From an archaeon (lineage in GTDB: Archaea > Iainarchaeota > Iainarchaeia > Iainarchaeales > CSSED10-239), in the NCBI GenBank assembly GCA_035387745.1, contig DAOOON010000015.1, positions 1-12,724 on the forward strand: DNA of 12,724 nucleotides. Direction: 5' to 3'. The translations under genes were made by a program, and so were the position numbers. Position 1 is the first letter of the stretch, and every line of letters starts with the position of its first letter. Below the pieces are notes generated by a model. That model was not told the DNA's origin and did no database searches. It saw nothing but the letters and a program-made list of their open reading frames with translations. Positions 1 to 7,892 of this stretch are shown here, piece after piece.

Positions 1-2
1 TT

Positions 3-119
3 GTGTTTGTTGAAAATCTAAAAATGAACTATATAATAGCAAACATAATTTCTGGATTTTTAATGTTTCTTACAAGATATTTCTGCCATAGGTTTTTGTT
101 TAAGAGATATGGGCACTAG
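3..119 (+). CDS. 3' end of a gene entering from upstream (last 38 aa); hydrophobic tail, possibly a GtrA-like membrane protein
   Basis: Frame 3 is open from the window edge to TAG at 117-119 and reads VFVENLKMNYIIANIISGFLMFLTRYFCHRFLFKRYGH. The hydrophobic helix followed by a basic R/K/F tail resembles C-termini of GtrA-family proteins as I recall them. The fragment is too short to be sure. Confidence 0.3.
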   Translation: MFVENLKMNYIIANIISGFLMFLTRYFCHRFLFKRYGH

Positions 120-177
120 CCATTATCTTTATATATTCTTTTTCCTATATATATTTTAGTAAAACGGGTGTTTAATT

Positions 178-1515
178 ATGAATATCTCAAATAACGATAG
201 AGGAAAGCTAATTAAGATTACAAAAAAGAATATTACTCATCTTGGGCATATTGTGAATATAGCGAATAACGAATTAACAATAAAGCTAAAAGAAAACGGC
301 TATAATATTTCGATAATTCTTGACAAAGACACAAAACTTGAAATACTTGAAGAAAAAAAAGAGATTGGAAAAACCCATAAGCTAGATATTAAACAAAACT
401 CAAGCCTTCCTTCCATTTGCCTGGTTTCAACCGGCGGGACAATAGGAACGCATGTCGACTATAAGACCGGCGGTGTAAATATGTCAAGGACTCCTGAAGA
501 GATCTTGTCAACAGTTCCTGAGCTACTAGAAATTGTCAATATTAAAAAAATAGTTCCTGTTATTCAAAAAGCTAGTGAAGACATCTGTTACAAAGATTGG
601 CAAGAAATAGCTAAAGCTGTCTTTGAGCAACTAAATGATAAAGAGATTGATGGAATAATAATTTCTCATGGAACTGACACGCTTTCCTGGACAGGCACAG
701 CTCTTTCCTTTATGCTTAGTAACATAAACAAACCAGTGTTAATGGTTGGTGCCCAGAGATCCCCAGACAGAGCAAGCTTTGATGGTGCAATGAATCTTGT
801 TTGTGCTGCACATTTTATTAAAGAGAAAATTCCAGGAGTCTACACTTCAATGCACGGTTCGATGAGTGATGATTTTTGTAATATTATAAATACCACAAAA
901 TGCAGAAAGATGCACAGCTCTAGAAGAGATGCCTTTAAGCCAATTAACGATACGCCACTAGCAAGAGTTTATTTCTCTGGCAAAATTGAATTTTTAAAAG
1001 ACAGAAAAAAATATGAATTGCTTCCAAAAGAAAAGCCAAAGCTAGATATTTCTTTTAGCGATTCAGTAGCAATATTAAAGACCTATCCAAACTCTAATCC
1101 AGAAGTTATTGATTGGTATATCTCTAAAGGCTATAAAGGTCTAATAATCGAAGGCACAGGTCTTGGGCATGTTCCAACAAACGACGAAACAAATAAATTA
1201 GCAGATAAAACAAAAGACTGGCTACCATATCTAGAAAAAGCAACAAAGAAAGGAATAATAGTAATTATGACAACGCAGTGTTTGTTTGGAAGAGTAAACG
1301 GAAATGTTTATTCTAATCTTAGGAATATAACAAAAAGCGGTGTTGAATATCTTGAGCAGCACGATATGCTACCAGAGGTTGTCTGTATAAAGCTAGGCAT
1401 AGCGTTAGCAAGATTTAAAACAAAAGAAGATATTTTAAAGTATATGTCAAAAAACATTTCTGGGGAAATTACAAAAAAAGAAGTTCCTTTCGACTTTGAT
1501 GCATTAGATACTTAA
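178..1515 (+). CDS. gatD: Glu-tRNA(Gln) amidotransferase subunit D (asparaginase-like glutaminase subunit)
   Basis: 445 aa. Asparaginase-type motifs VSTGGTIG and HGTDT are present, with a GatD-type N-terminal domain (KLKENGYNISI). The size is typical for GatD, and gatE lies downstream on the same strand. GGGTG Shine-Dalgarno-like motif at 166-170, 7 nt before the ATG. Confidence 0.9.
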   Translation: MNISNNDRGKLIKITKKNITHLGHIVNIANNELTIKLKENGYNISIILDKDTKLEILEEKKEIGKTHKLDIKQNSSLPSICLVSTGGTIGTHVDYKTGGVNMSRTPEEILSTVPELLEIVNIKKIVPVIQKASEDICYKDWQEIAKAVFEQLNDKEIDGIIISHGTDTLSWTGTALSFMLSNINKPVLMVGAQRSPDRASFDGAMNLVCAAHFIKEKIPGVYTSMHGSMSDDFCNIINTTKCRKMHSSRRDAFKPINDTPLARVYFSGKIEFLKDRKKYELLPKEKPKLDISFSDSVAILKTYPNSNPEVIDWYISKGYKGLIIEGTGLGHVPTNDETNKLADKTKDWLPYLEKATKKGIIVIMTTQCLFGRVNGNVYSNLRNITKSGVEYLEQHDMLPEVVCIKLGIALARFKTKEDILKYMSKNISGEITKKEVPFDFDALDT

Positions 1516-1531
1516 AATAAGGGAAAAAAGA

Positions 1532-2872
1532 ATGGTACTTAAAGAATCAGAAAAAGTTGAGTTAAAAAAATCAACTTCTGAATTAAAAGATGCAATAATT
1601 TCTATTTGTGCAATTCTAAATAAAAACCAATCCGGAAAATTATATTTTGGCATAAAAGACAATGGAGAGATTATTGGCCAAAATATTGGGAAAGATACTT
1701 TAAGAGATATTGCTAGTGAAATCTCAAGAGCAATAGAACCAAGAATACATCCAGATATTAAAAAAATAATTTTAAATAAAAAAGAGTGTGTTGTGGTAGA
1801 ATTTACCGGAAGTTCAAATTTATATTTTGCATACGGTAGAGCCTATATTAGAGTAAGTGACCAAAATCAGCAATTAGATATTGAAAATTTAAAGAACAGA
1901 ATTATTAGTCAAAGCGATATTATATGGGATAAGCAGCCTTCAAGAAATAATGTTAAAGAAATAAACACAACACAACTTAAAACATTTATAAAAAAAGCAA
2001 ATCAAAATGGAAAGATTAATTTTAAATTTACAAATACAAAAGACACACTAATAAAATTAAATTTATTAAATAAACAGAAATTATCAAATGCAGGCAATGT
2101 ATTATTTTCAAAAACCGCAAACATAGAACTACAATATGCTGTATTTAAAACTAAAGAAAAATCAGACTTTATAGATATTGGCTTAAAAAAAGGCAATATT
2201 TTTGAATTAATAGACTTTTCTAAAAAATATCTTTTTGAGCACTTAAATTGGAGTGCGGATTTAACAAAAACTAATAGAATAGAAAAATTAGAAATACCAG
2301 AAAGGGCATTATTTGAAGCAATAATTAATTCCTTTTGTCATAAAGATTATACAATAATTAAAAGTAATGAAATTGCGATTTACCCAGACAGAGTAGAAAT
2401 ATATAACCCTGGCAAATTTCCAAAAGAATACACCATAAAAGATTATCTTTCAGGGAGAGGAAAATCAATTTTAAGAAATCCAAGTATTGCACAAATACTC
2501 TATTATTTTGATTATATTGAAAATTGGGGATCTGGGCTTAGAAGAATAAACGAATATTGTAAAGGGCAGAAAATAAAAGTAGAATATAGGTTAGAACCAA
2601 ACGGCTTATCTGTAATATTTTATAGACCAAAAGAAGGTGTAAATGTCCCTGTAAATGTCCCTGTAAATGTCCCTGTACAAGAAAATAATAGGGCCAATTT
2701 AATATTAAATGATATTTTTAAAACTCCAAAAATAAGAATAAAAGAATTATCAATTAAATTTAATGTTGCTGAAAAAACAATAAAAAGGGCAATTCAAAAA
2801 CTAAAGAAAGAAAAAAAAATAAAACGCATTGGCTCAGATAAAAATGGATATTGGTTGGTATTAAAAAAATAA
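1532..2872 (+). CDS. AlbA_2 (Schlafen-type) domain, HATPase_c_4-like domain and C-terminal winged-HTH protein (COG2865-like putative regulator)
   Basis: 446 aa. The N-terminus ESEKVELKKS...ICAILNKNQSGKLYFGIKDNGEIIG matches the AlbA_2 pattern (ESxxLEFK...icAfaNt.GG.l.iGv.d.G.i.G). The central region EAIINSFCHKDY...IYNPGKFP...LRNPSIAQILYYFDYIENWGSGLRRI matches the HATPase_c_4 pattern (NAl.HRDY...i.nPG.l...RNp.ia..f...g.vE..GsGi.ri). The C-terminal RIKELSIKFNVAEKTIKRAIQKLKKEKKIKRIG looks like an HTH. Domain matches are from memory of the family consensus. Confidence 0.8.
   Translation: MVLKESEKVELKKSTSELKDAIISICAILNKNQSGKLYFGIKDNGEIIGQNIGKDTLRDIASEISRAIEPRIHPDIKKIILNKKECVVVEFTGSSNLYFAYGRAYIRVSDQNQQLDIENLKNRIISQSDIIWDKQPSRNNVKEINTTQLKTFIKKANQNGKINFKFTNTKDTLIKLNLLNKQKLSNAGNVLFSKTANIELQYAVFKTKEKSDFIDIGLKKGNIFELIDFSKKYLFEHLNWSADLTKTNRIEKLEIPERALFEAIINSFCHKDYTIIKSNEIAIYPDRVEIYNPGKFPKEYTIKDYLSGRGKSILRNPSIAQILYYFDYIENWGSGLRRINEYCKGQKIKVEYRLEPNGLSVIFYRPKEGVNVPVNVPVNVPVQENNRANLILNDIFKTPKIRIKELSIKFNVAEKTIKRAIQKLKKEKKIKRIGSDKNGYWLVLKK
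2639..2677 (+). repeat. Perfect 12-bp tandem repeat gtaaatgtccct x3 plus a partial gta, in frame, encoding (VNVP)3-V
   Basis: Copies at 2639-2650, 2651-2662 and 2663-2674 are identical, and a fourth unit starts at 2675-2677. The repeat lies in frame with the 1532 ORF (codons 370-381), between the ATPase-like region and the C-terminal HTH. Confidence 0.95.
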
Positions 2873-2882
2873 GTGACAGTTT

Positions 2883-4814
2883 ATGGATTTAGAAGATATA
2901 AAAAAAATAGATTATAATAAGATTGGTTTAGCCTGCGGTTTAGAATTGCATCAGCAACTAGATACTGGTAAGCTTTTCTGTAAATGTAAATCTAAATTAA
3001 TTAAAGACAACACAAAACCAGATAGAATTATAAAAAGAAGACTAAGAGCAGTCTATTCAGAAGCAGGAGAATTTGATAAAACTGCTCTTAATGAGCAAAA
3101 GAAAGCAAAGACTTATGTTTATTATTTCTACAATTCCTGTAATTGCCTAGTTGAAGCAGACTGCCAACCACCAATCAGAACAAATCCTGATGCGCTTAAG
3201 ATTGCGGTGATAATCTCAAAATTAACAAACTCTCAATTAGTTGATAAATCAATAATTATGCGAAAGCAAGTAATTGATGGTTCAAATGTCTCTGGCTTTC
3301 AAAGAACAGCAATGATTTCAACAGATGGGCATCTAGATTTTGATTTTGGAAAAATTAGAATTGACAAAATTCTTCTAGAAGAAGATGCAGCAAGAGCAAT
3401 TGAAAGAAAAGACACAGAAGTAATATATTCTCTTGATCGTCTTGGTATCCCATTAATAGAGATGGTTGTTTGGCACGACATGCACACACCAAAAGACACG
3501 CAAAAAGTCGCATTATTTCTTGGACAGCTATTTAGAACCACAGGCTTTGTTAAAAGAGGACTAGGCTCCATTCGTCAGGACATTAATGTTTCAATTGCTG
3601 ATGGCGCAAGAATAGAGATAAAAGGTTGTCAAGACTTACAAATGATTCCTGAGATTATAGATAGAGAGATATTAAGACAAATAAATCTTTTAGAACTTAA
3701 AGAAGAACTTAAAAAAAGAAAAATAAAAGAAATAAGGCTTTCTGAAATTAATCTAACAAACATTTTCAAAAACACATCTTCAAAAGCAGTAAAGGCTTCT
3801 TTAGAAAATAAAAAAGAAATGTATGGCTTTTTGATTTCTGGCTTTTCTGGGCTTCTTGGTAAAGTTGTTCAACCGAACAGAAGAGTAGGAACAGAGCTGT
3901 CAAGTATTCTAAAAGCAAAGACTACTCTTAAAGGCTTATTCCACGCAGATGAGCTTCCTAACTACGGGATAACAGAAGCAGAAATTAACAAAGTAAAAGC
4001 AGAACTAAAAGTAACAGACAAGGATTCTTTTATTCTTGTTATGTGTGATAAGAAAGAAATTTCTCGTGTTAAAGAAATTTTAGAAGAAAGGCTTAATCAA
4101 TTTATAGAAGGCGTTCCAAAAGAGACTAGAATTGTAAATATCGAAGGCAATACAGAATATCAAAGGCCACTTTCAGTTGGTGGTGCAAGAATGTATCCAG
4201 AGACTGATCTTTTGCCAATAGTCTTTACAGAAGAGCTATTAACAGAAGCAAAAGAGGACATGCCATTGTCTGTAGAAGAAAGAAAAAAATTATATTTAGA
4301 GAAATTTAAGATAAGTAATCAGCTAGCAGAAAAGATGGTTTTAGATAACTATGCAGTGACTTTTGAAAAAATAATTAAAGCAAACCCTGAATTAAATCCA
4401 ACACAAGTGGCAGTTTTTCTTCTTGAGGACTTGACAAATCTTTCAAGAGATGGAAAAATCGATTTAGAGAATGTTACTAATGAGGGATTATTAGAGTTTT
4501 TCTCTTACAAGAATTTTAATAAGATTCCAAAATCAAAGTTAGTGGAAATTTATTTAAAATTTAATAATTCTGATTATTCTTTAGAAGACATAATAGAAAA
4601 TTTAGGCGTCCTTAAAGAATTAGATAATATTGATGTAGATAAAATTCTTTCAGAGATTATAGAAGAAAACAAAGAAAAGATAATAGAACAAAAAGAAAGA
4701 GCAAAAGGCCTATTGATGGGAAGATTAATGTCAAAAACTAGGGGCCTATTAAATGGAAAAGAAGCAAGTGAGCTTATTGATAAGAAATTAGCCGCCTTTC
4801 TTAAAAAGCACTAA
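2883..4814 (+). CDS. gatE: Glu-tRNA(Gln) amidotransferase subunit E
   Basis: 643 aa. GatB/E-family motifs are present: GLELHQQL near the N-terminus, GIPLIE, RQDINVS and RIEIKG. It also has the extra inserted domain typical of GatE and a YqeY/GatB-like C-terminal tail (LMGRLMSKTRGLLNGKEASELI). GTGA at 2873-2876 lies 6 nt before the ATG. Confidence 0.92.
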   Translation: MDLEDIKKIDYNKIGLACGLELHQQLDTGKLFCKCKSKLIKDNTKPDRIIKRRLRAVYSEAGEFDKTALNEQKKAKTYVYYFYNSCNCLVEADCQPPIRTNPDALKIAVIISKLTNSQLVDKSIIMRKQVIDGSNVSGFQRTAMISTDGHLDFDFGKIRIDKILLEEDAARAIERKDTEVIYSLDRLGIPLIEMVVWHDMHTPKDTQKVALFLGQLFRTTGFVKRGLGSIRQDINVSIADGARIEIKGCQDLQMIPEIIDREILRQINLLELKEELKKRKIKEIRLSEINLTNIFKNTSSKAVKASLENKKEMYGFLISGFSGLLGKVVQPNRRVGTELSSILKAKTTLKGLFHADELPNYGITEAEINKVKAELKVTDKDSFILVMCDKKEISRVKEILEERLNQFIEGVPKETRIVNIEGNTEYQRPLSVGGARMYPETDLLPIVFTEELLTEAKEDMPLSVEERKKLYLEKFKISNQLAEKMVLDNYAVTFEKIIKANPELNPTQVAVFLLEDLTNLSRDGKIDLENVTNEGLLEFFSYKNFNKIPKSKLVEIYLKFNNSDYSLEDIIENLGVLKELDNIDVDKILSEIIEENKEKIIEQKERAKGLLMGRLMSKTRGLLNGKEASELIDKKLAAFLKKH

Positions 4815-4862
4815 AACCAAAAGCTTATTAATATAATTAATCATAAATAGATGTGATATTAA

Positions 4863-5546
4863 ATGGATAATAGAAGACGAAATAAATACCCTAATAACAG
4901 GTATACTAAAACAAATGTTCAGAGATCAAAAAAGATTACTCCACATCAAAGAAAAGAAGTTACAGAAAAAGCAAATAGAAATGGTTTTGTTTTAGAAACA
5001 ATTCCTGCAAATAATTATCAGGACAATTCTACTTATCAAGAAAGAAAAGAAAGCAGAAATTTCTTTAAGGACATGTATGACAAAAACGGATATTATAGTT
5101 ATTTATGGACTCCTTTTATTGTTCTTATAGTCACGATATTCTTTGATTTTATTTTACAAGCAATTGCTTTTAGTTTAGACTCAACAATGATGTTAATAAT
5201 TAAAGAGAGTCTTTTCTTTTTAGTATTTTCAGTACTAGTCTTTTGTATAAATGTTGCATCTATTATCTTTATGGGGTTATCTACTTCAAAGCATAATGTT
5301 CCATTTAATGTTGCATGGTATAGGATTTTTAGAATTATTGCAATAATTTTCTTATTAGAATCGGCATTAACTATTATTGCTTTCTTTGTATTCCCATCTC
5401 AGTATATTCAGATTACATTATTTACTCAATCAATGAAACTAACCTATCTGATTTATCTGATTGCATGGAATATGATAAAAGCCGTAGTTTATATGATTAT
5501 GATGTCTCTTGCATACTTGCTTTTCTATAAATTAAAGTTTGTTTAA
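4863..5546 (+). CDS. Hypothetical integral membrane protein with a strongly basic N-terminal tail
   Basis: 227 aa. Roughly the first 90 residues are R/K/N/Q-rich (MDNRRRNKYPNNRYTKTNVQRSKKITPHQRK...), followed by about 5 hydrophobic helices. GTGAT at 4853-4857 lies 5 nt before the ATG. I recognise no family motif. Confidence 0.6.
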   Translation: MDNRRRNKYPNNRYTKTNVQRSKKITPHQRKEVTEKANRNGFVLETIPANNYQDNSTYQERKESRNFFKDMYDKNGYYSYLWTPFIVLIVTIFFDFILQAIAFSLDSTMMLIIKESLFFLVFSVLVFCINVASIIFMGLSTSKHNVPFNVAWYRIFRIIAIIFLLESALTIIAFFVFPSQYIQITLFTQSMKLTYLIYLIAWNMIKAVVYMIMMSLAYLLFYKLKFV

Positions 5547-5558
5547 ATGCAAGCTTTT

Positions 5559-5566
5559 TTTAAATA
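5559..5566 (+). promoter_or_regulatory. Archaeal TATA-box-like TTTAAATA upstream of metG, overlapping a T7 tract (5555-5561) that could terminate the preceding gene
   Basis: Exact match to the archaeal TATA consensus TTTAWATA, ending 36 nt before the metG ATG. GGAG at 5591-5594 would sit in a short leader. The AT-rich background makes chance matches likely. Confidence 0.3.
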
Positions 5567-5602
5567 TTTTATTTCTAATATATTATATTTGGAGTATATA
5601 TT

Positions 5603-7198
5603 ATGAAAACAAGAATAGTTACAGCAGCATTACCTTTTGTTAATAATGTGCCGCATCTGGGTCATCTTGCAGGAAGTCACCTTCCAGCAGATATCTTTTC
5701 TAGATATTCAAGATTAAAAGGGCACAATGTTTTGTTTATTGGTGGAACTGATGAAAATGGCACAGCTACAGAGTTTGCAGCCCAGCAAAAAGGCATAACC
5801 CCTAAAGAGTTGTGTGATCATTTTTATGAGGTTCATAAAAAACTTTATTCTGATTTTCTAATAAGCTATGATAATTTCTCAAGAACTTCAAGAGAAATTC
5901 ATCATAAGATTGTTCAGGAGTTTTTCTTAGATCTTTACAATAATAAATGTATTACTGAGAAAATAATAAAGATTCCATATTGTAACAGCTGTAAGAAAGG
6001 CCTAGCAGATAGATATATTACAGGCACTTGCCCTAAGTGCGGTTATGACAAAGCAAATGGAGACCAATGTGAGTCCTGCGGTTCTGTTCTTGACCCAATA
6101 GAGCTTGTTACTCCTTTCTGTTCTGTGTGTAAGACAAAAGACATTGTTTTTAAAGACACCAAGCACTTGTTTCTTGATCTTAGAAATCTAACAAAAGACA
6201 TAGAATATTGGATAGATAACAACCCTCATCTAAGACCACAAGTAAAAGCTTTAGCAAAAGGTTGGATAACTCAAGGCATAAAGGAAAGATGTATAACAAG
6301 AGATTTAACCTGGGGCATAAAGATTCCAATATCGGGTTATGAAGACAAGGTTTTCTATGTTTGGTTTGATAATGTTATAGGTTATGTTTCAGGAACTGCA
6401 GAATTAATTGGCGAAGACAATGCTAAGAAGTTATGGCAAAATAAAGAAACAGAAACATATTATTTTGTAGGGAAAGACAACATTCCTTTTCACACAATTT
6501 TCTGGCCAGGTCAGATAATAGGTCAAAAAAAATTGGTTTTACCACAAAATGTCGTAGGCTTACAATATCTAAATTTTGAAAAACAGAAGTTTTCAAAAAG
6601 TAAAGGTGTTGGTATTTTCTTAGATAAAGCAATAAACAGTGGCATTCCAATAGAATATTGGAGGTTCTATTTAACATATATTTTACCAGAAACAAAAGAT
6701 TCAGAGTTTATGATTGATGAGTTTTTTGATAGAATAAACAAAGACCTTATAGGTAATTATGGTAATTTTGTAAATAGAGTTTTAAATTTCATTTATACAA
6801 AGAGACAAGGAAAAGTTCCAGAAATAAAAGAAAAAGATGCAAATTTTGAAAAGCAGATTTTAGAGTCTATAGACAAAATTGAAAAACACTATGACGCTTG
6901 TGATTTTAGATATGCTCTTTATGAGTTATTAAAACTTTCAGATCTTGGAAACAAATATCTTAATGAGAAAGAACCGTGGAAGACAGAAGATACAAACTCT
7001 CTAGCTTATGGTTTTGAGATAATAAGATTACTTTCAATTTATTTTTCTCCAATTCTTCCAGAGTCTTCAAAGAAGATAAGTAGTTTTTTAAACACAAACA
7101 ATCAAAATATAGAAATAGATACTAAAGAAAAAAAAATAAATAAACCAGAAATATTGTTTAGAAAGCTCGAAGATACAGAGAAGGAAAAATTAATGTAG
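5603..7198 (+). CDS. metG: Methionyl-tRNA synthetase (core enzyme, no C-terminal tRNA-binding or dimerisation appendix)
   Basis: 531 aa. HIGH motif PHLGHLAG and KMSKS motif KFSKSKG are present. The connective peptide has four CxxC knuckles (CNSC, CPKC, CESC, CSVC). WFDNVIGY and the anticodon-binding helical C-terminus are typical of MetRS. Confidence 0.93.
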   Translation: MKTRIVTAALPFVNNVPHLGHLAGSHLPADIFSRYSRLKGHNVLFIGGTDENGTATEFAAQQKGITPKELCDHFYEVHKKLYSDFLISYDNFSRTSREIHHKIVQEFFLDLYNNKCITEKIIKIPYCNSCKKGLADRYITGTCPKCGYDKANGDQCESCGSVLDPIELVTPFCSVCKTKDIVFKDTKHLFLDLRNLTKDIEYWIDNNPHLRPQVKALAKGWITQGIKERCITRDLTWGIKIPISGYEDKVFYVWFDNVIGYVSGTAELIGEDNAKKLWQNKETETYYFVGKDNIPFHTIFWPGQIIGQKKLVLPQNVVGLQYLNFEKQKFSKSKGVGIFLDKAINSGIPIEYWRFYLTYILPETKDSEFMIDEFFDRINKDLIGNYGNFVNRVLNFIYTKRQGKVPEIKEKDANFEKQILESIDKIEKHYDACDFRYALYELLKLSDLGNKYLNEKEPWKTEDTNSLAYGFEIIRLLSIYFSPILPESSKKISSFLNTNNQNIEIDTKEKKINKPEILFRKLEDTEKEKLM

Positions 7199-7211
7199 AT
7201 ATTGTGATAAT

Positions 7212-7742
7212 ATGATAGTAAAAGAAAAATGCAAATCTCTTTATGCACCTTGGAGACAAGAATATGTTTCTAAAGTAACTGATGAAAAAGAAAGCACAAA
7301 AGATAAAGAGGTCTGTCCTTTCTGTTCTAAAAACCTTGATAAGAAATATTTAGTTCTTGAAACAAAGAAATCTTTTATTCAAACAAATAAATACCCTTAT
7401 GCTGCTGGGCATTTACTTGTTGTTCCAAAAAGGCACATAAATCAAGTCATAGATTTAATAAGTATTGAAAGAAAAGAACTATTTAATCTTATCGATCTTT
7501 CGGTTTTTATGCTTGATAAATATATGCGCCCAGAAGGCTATAATGTAGGTTGTAGTATTGGGCGAATTGCAGGCGAAAGTATACAGCATCTTCATTTCCA
7601 TATTCTTCCAAGATATAAGGGAGATGTAGGGTGGAATAGGCTTTGTGATTTTAATGTTATATCTATTTCTCCAATAGATTTAGCAGTTGATTTGAGAAAA
7701 ATAATTCAGAAAGAAAAATTAGCGAAAAAGTTTGGTTTATAG
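7212..7742 (+). CDS. HIT-family nucleotide hydrolase/transferase (Ap4A phosphorylase-like branch suspected)
   Basis: 176 aa. Histidine triad HLHFHILPR is present, with CPFC upstream and the N-terminal LYAPWRQEYV motif. From memory, that motif marks the (L)WAPWR..YI subgroup related to Ap4A phosphorylase/ATP adenylyltransferase. The gene starts 13 nt after the metG stop, with GTGAT at 7204-7208. Confidence 0.85.
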   Translation: MIVKEKCKSLYAPWRQEYVSKVTDEKESTKDKEVCPFCSKNLDKKYLVLETKKSFIQTNKYPYAAGHLLVVPKRHINQVIDLISIERKELFNLIDLSVFMLDKYMRPEGYNVGCSIGRIAGESIQHLHFHILPRYKGDVGWNRLCDFNVISISPIDLAVDLRKIIQKEKLAKKFGL

Positions 7743-7784
7743 TTGAGTTTTTAGCTATAAAGTCAATCTCTGCCGGTTTCTTCA

Positions 7785-7814
7785 GCTAATTTCAGATTTT
7801 GCTAAATTACAGAT
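7785..7814 (+). promoter_or_regulatory. Imperfect direct repeat (gctaatttcagat / gctaaattacagat) immediately upstream of a TATA-like box; candidate operator
   Basis: Copy 1 is at 7785-7797 and copy 2 at 7801-7814, starting 16 nt apart. They lie in the only long (150 nt) intergenic region of the plus-strand block. Nothing beyond position and repetition supports a function. Confidence 0.2.
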
Positions 7815-7819
7815 AATAA

Positions 7820-7827
7820 TTTAAATA
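7820..7827 (+). promoter_or_regulatory. Archaeal TATA-box-like TTTAAATA upstream of the 166-aa orphan gene
   Basis: Exact TTTAWATA match 65 nt before the ATG at 7893. It is preceded by a T5 tract (7748-7752) just after the HIT stop, which could be an oligo-T terminator. The background is AT-rich, so specificity is low. Confidence 0.3.
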
Positions 7828-7892
7828 CTATAGGCACAATATATATACTTTTTAATAAATTTAAGAATATAACGGGAATTTGGTGAAAAAAT

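Noticed and set aside
2002-2196. 64-aa minus-strand ORF inside the AlbA_2 gene. Similar antisense ORFs occur at 3299-3571, 6423-6695, 8164-8355, 8903-9112, 9037-9243 and 9283-9603.
   Set aside because: All are fully embedded antisense to ORFs with clear family motifs. They have low-complexity, F/L/I-rich translations typical of AT-rich antisense frames and no SD-like motif. I treat them as spurious.
2639-2677. Possible CRISPR-like or minisatellite array.
   Set aside because: It has only three 12-bp units with no spacers, lies in frame within a coding region, and no cas genes are nearby. It is a coding tandem repeat, not CRISPR.
7751-7789. Inverted repeat TTAGCT (7751-7756) ... AGCTAA (7784-7789) after the HIT gene, as a terminator hairpin or small RNA.
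   Set aside because: The stem is only 6 bp with a 27-nt loop in AT-rich sequence, so it is thermodynamically weak and easily arises by chance.
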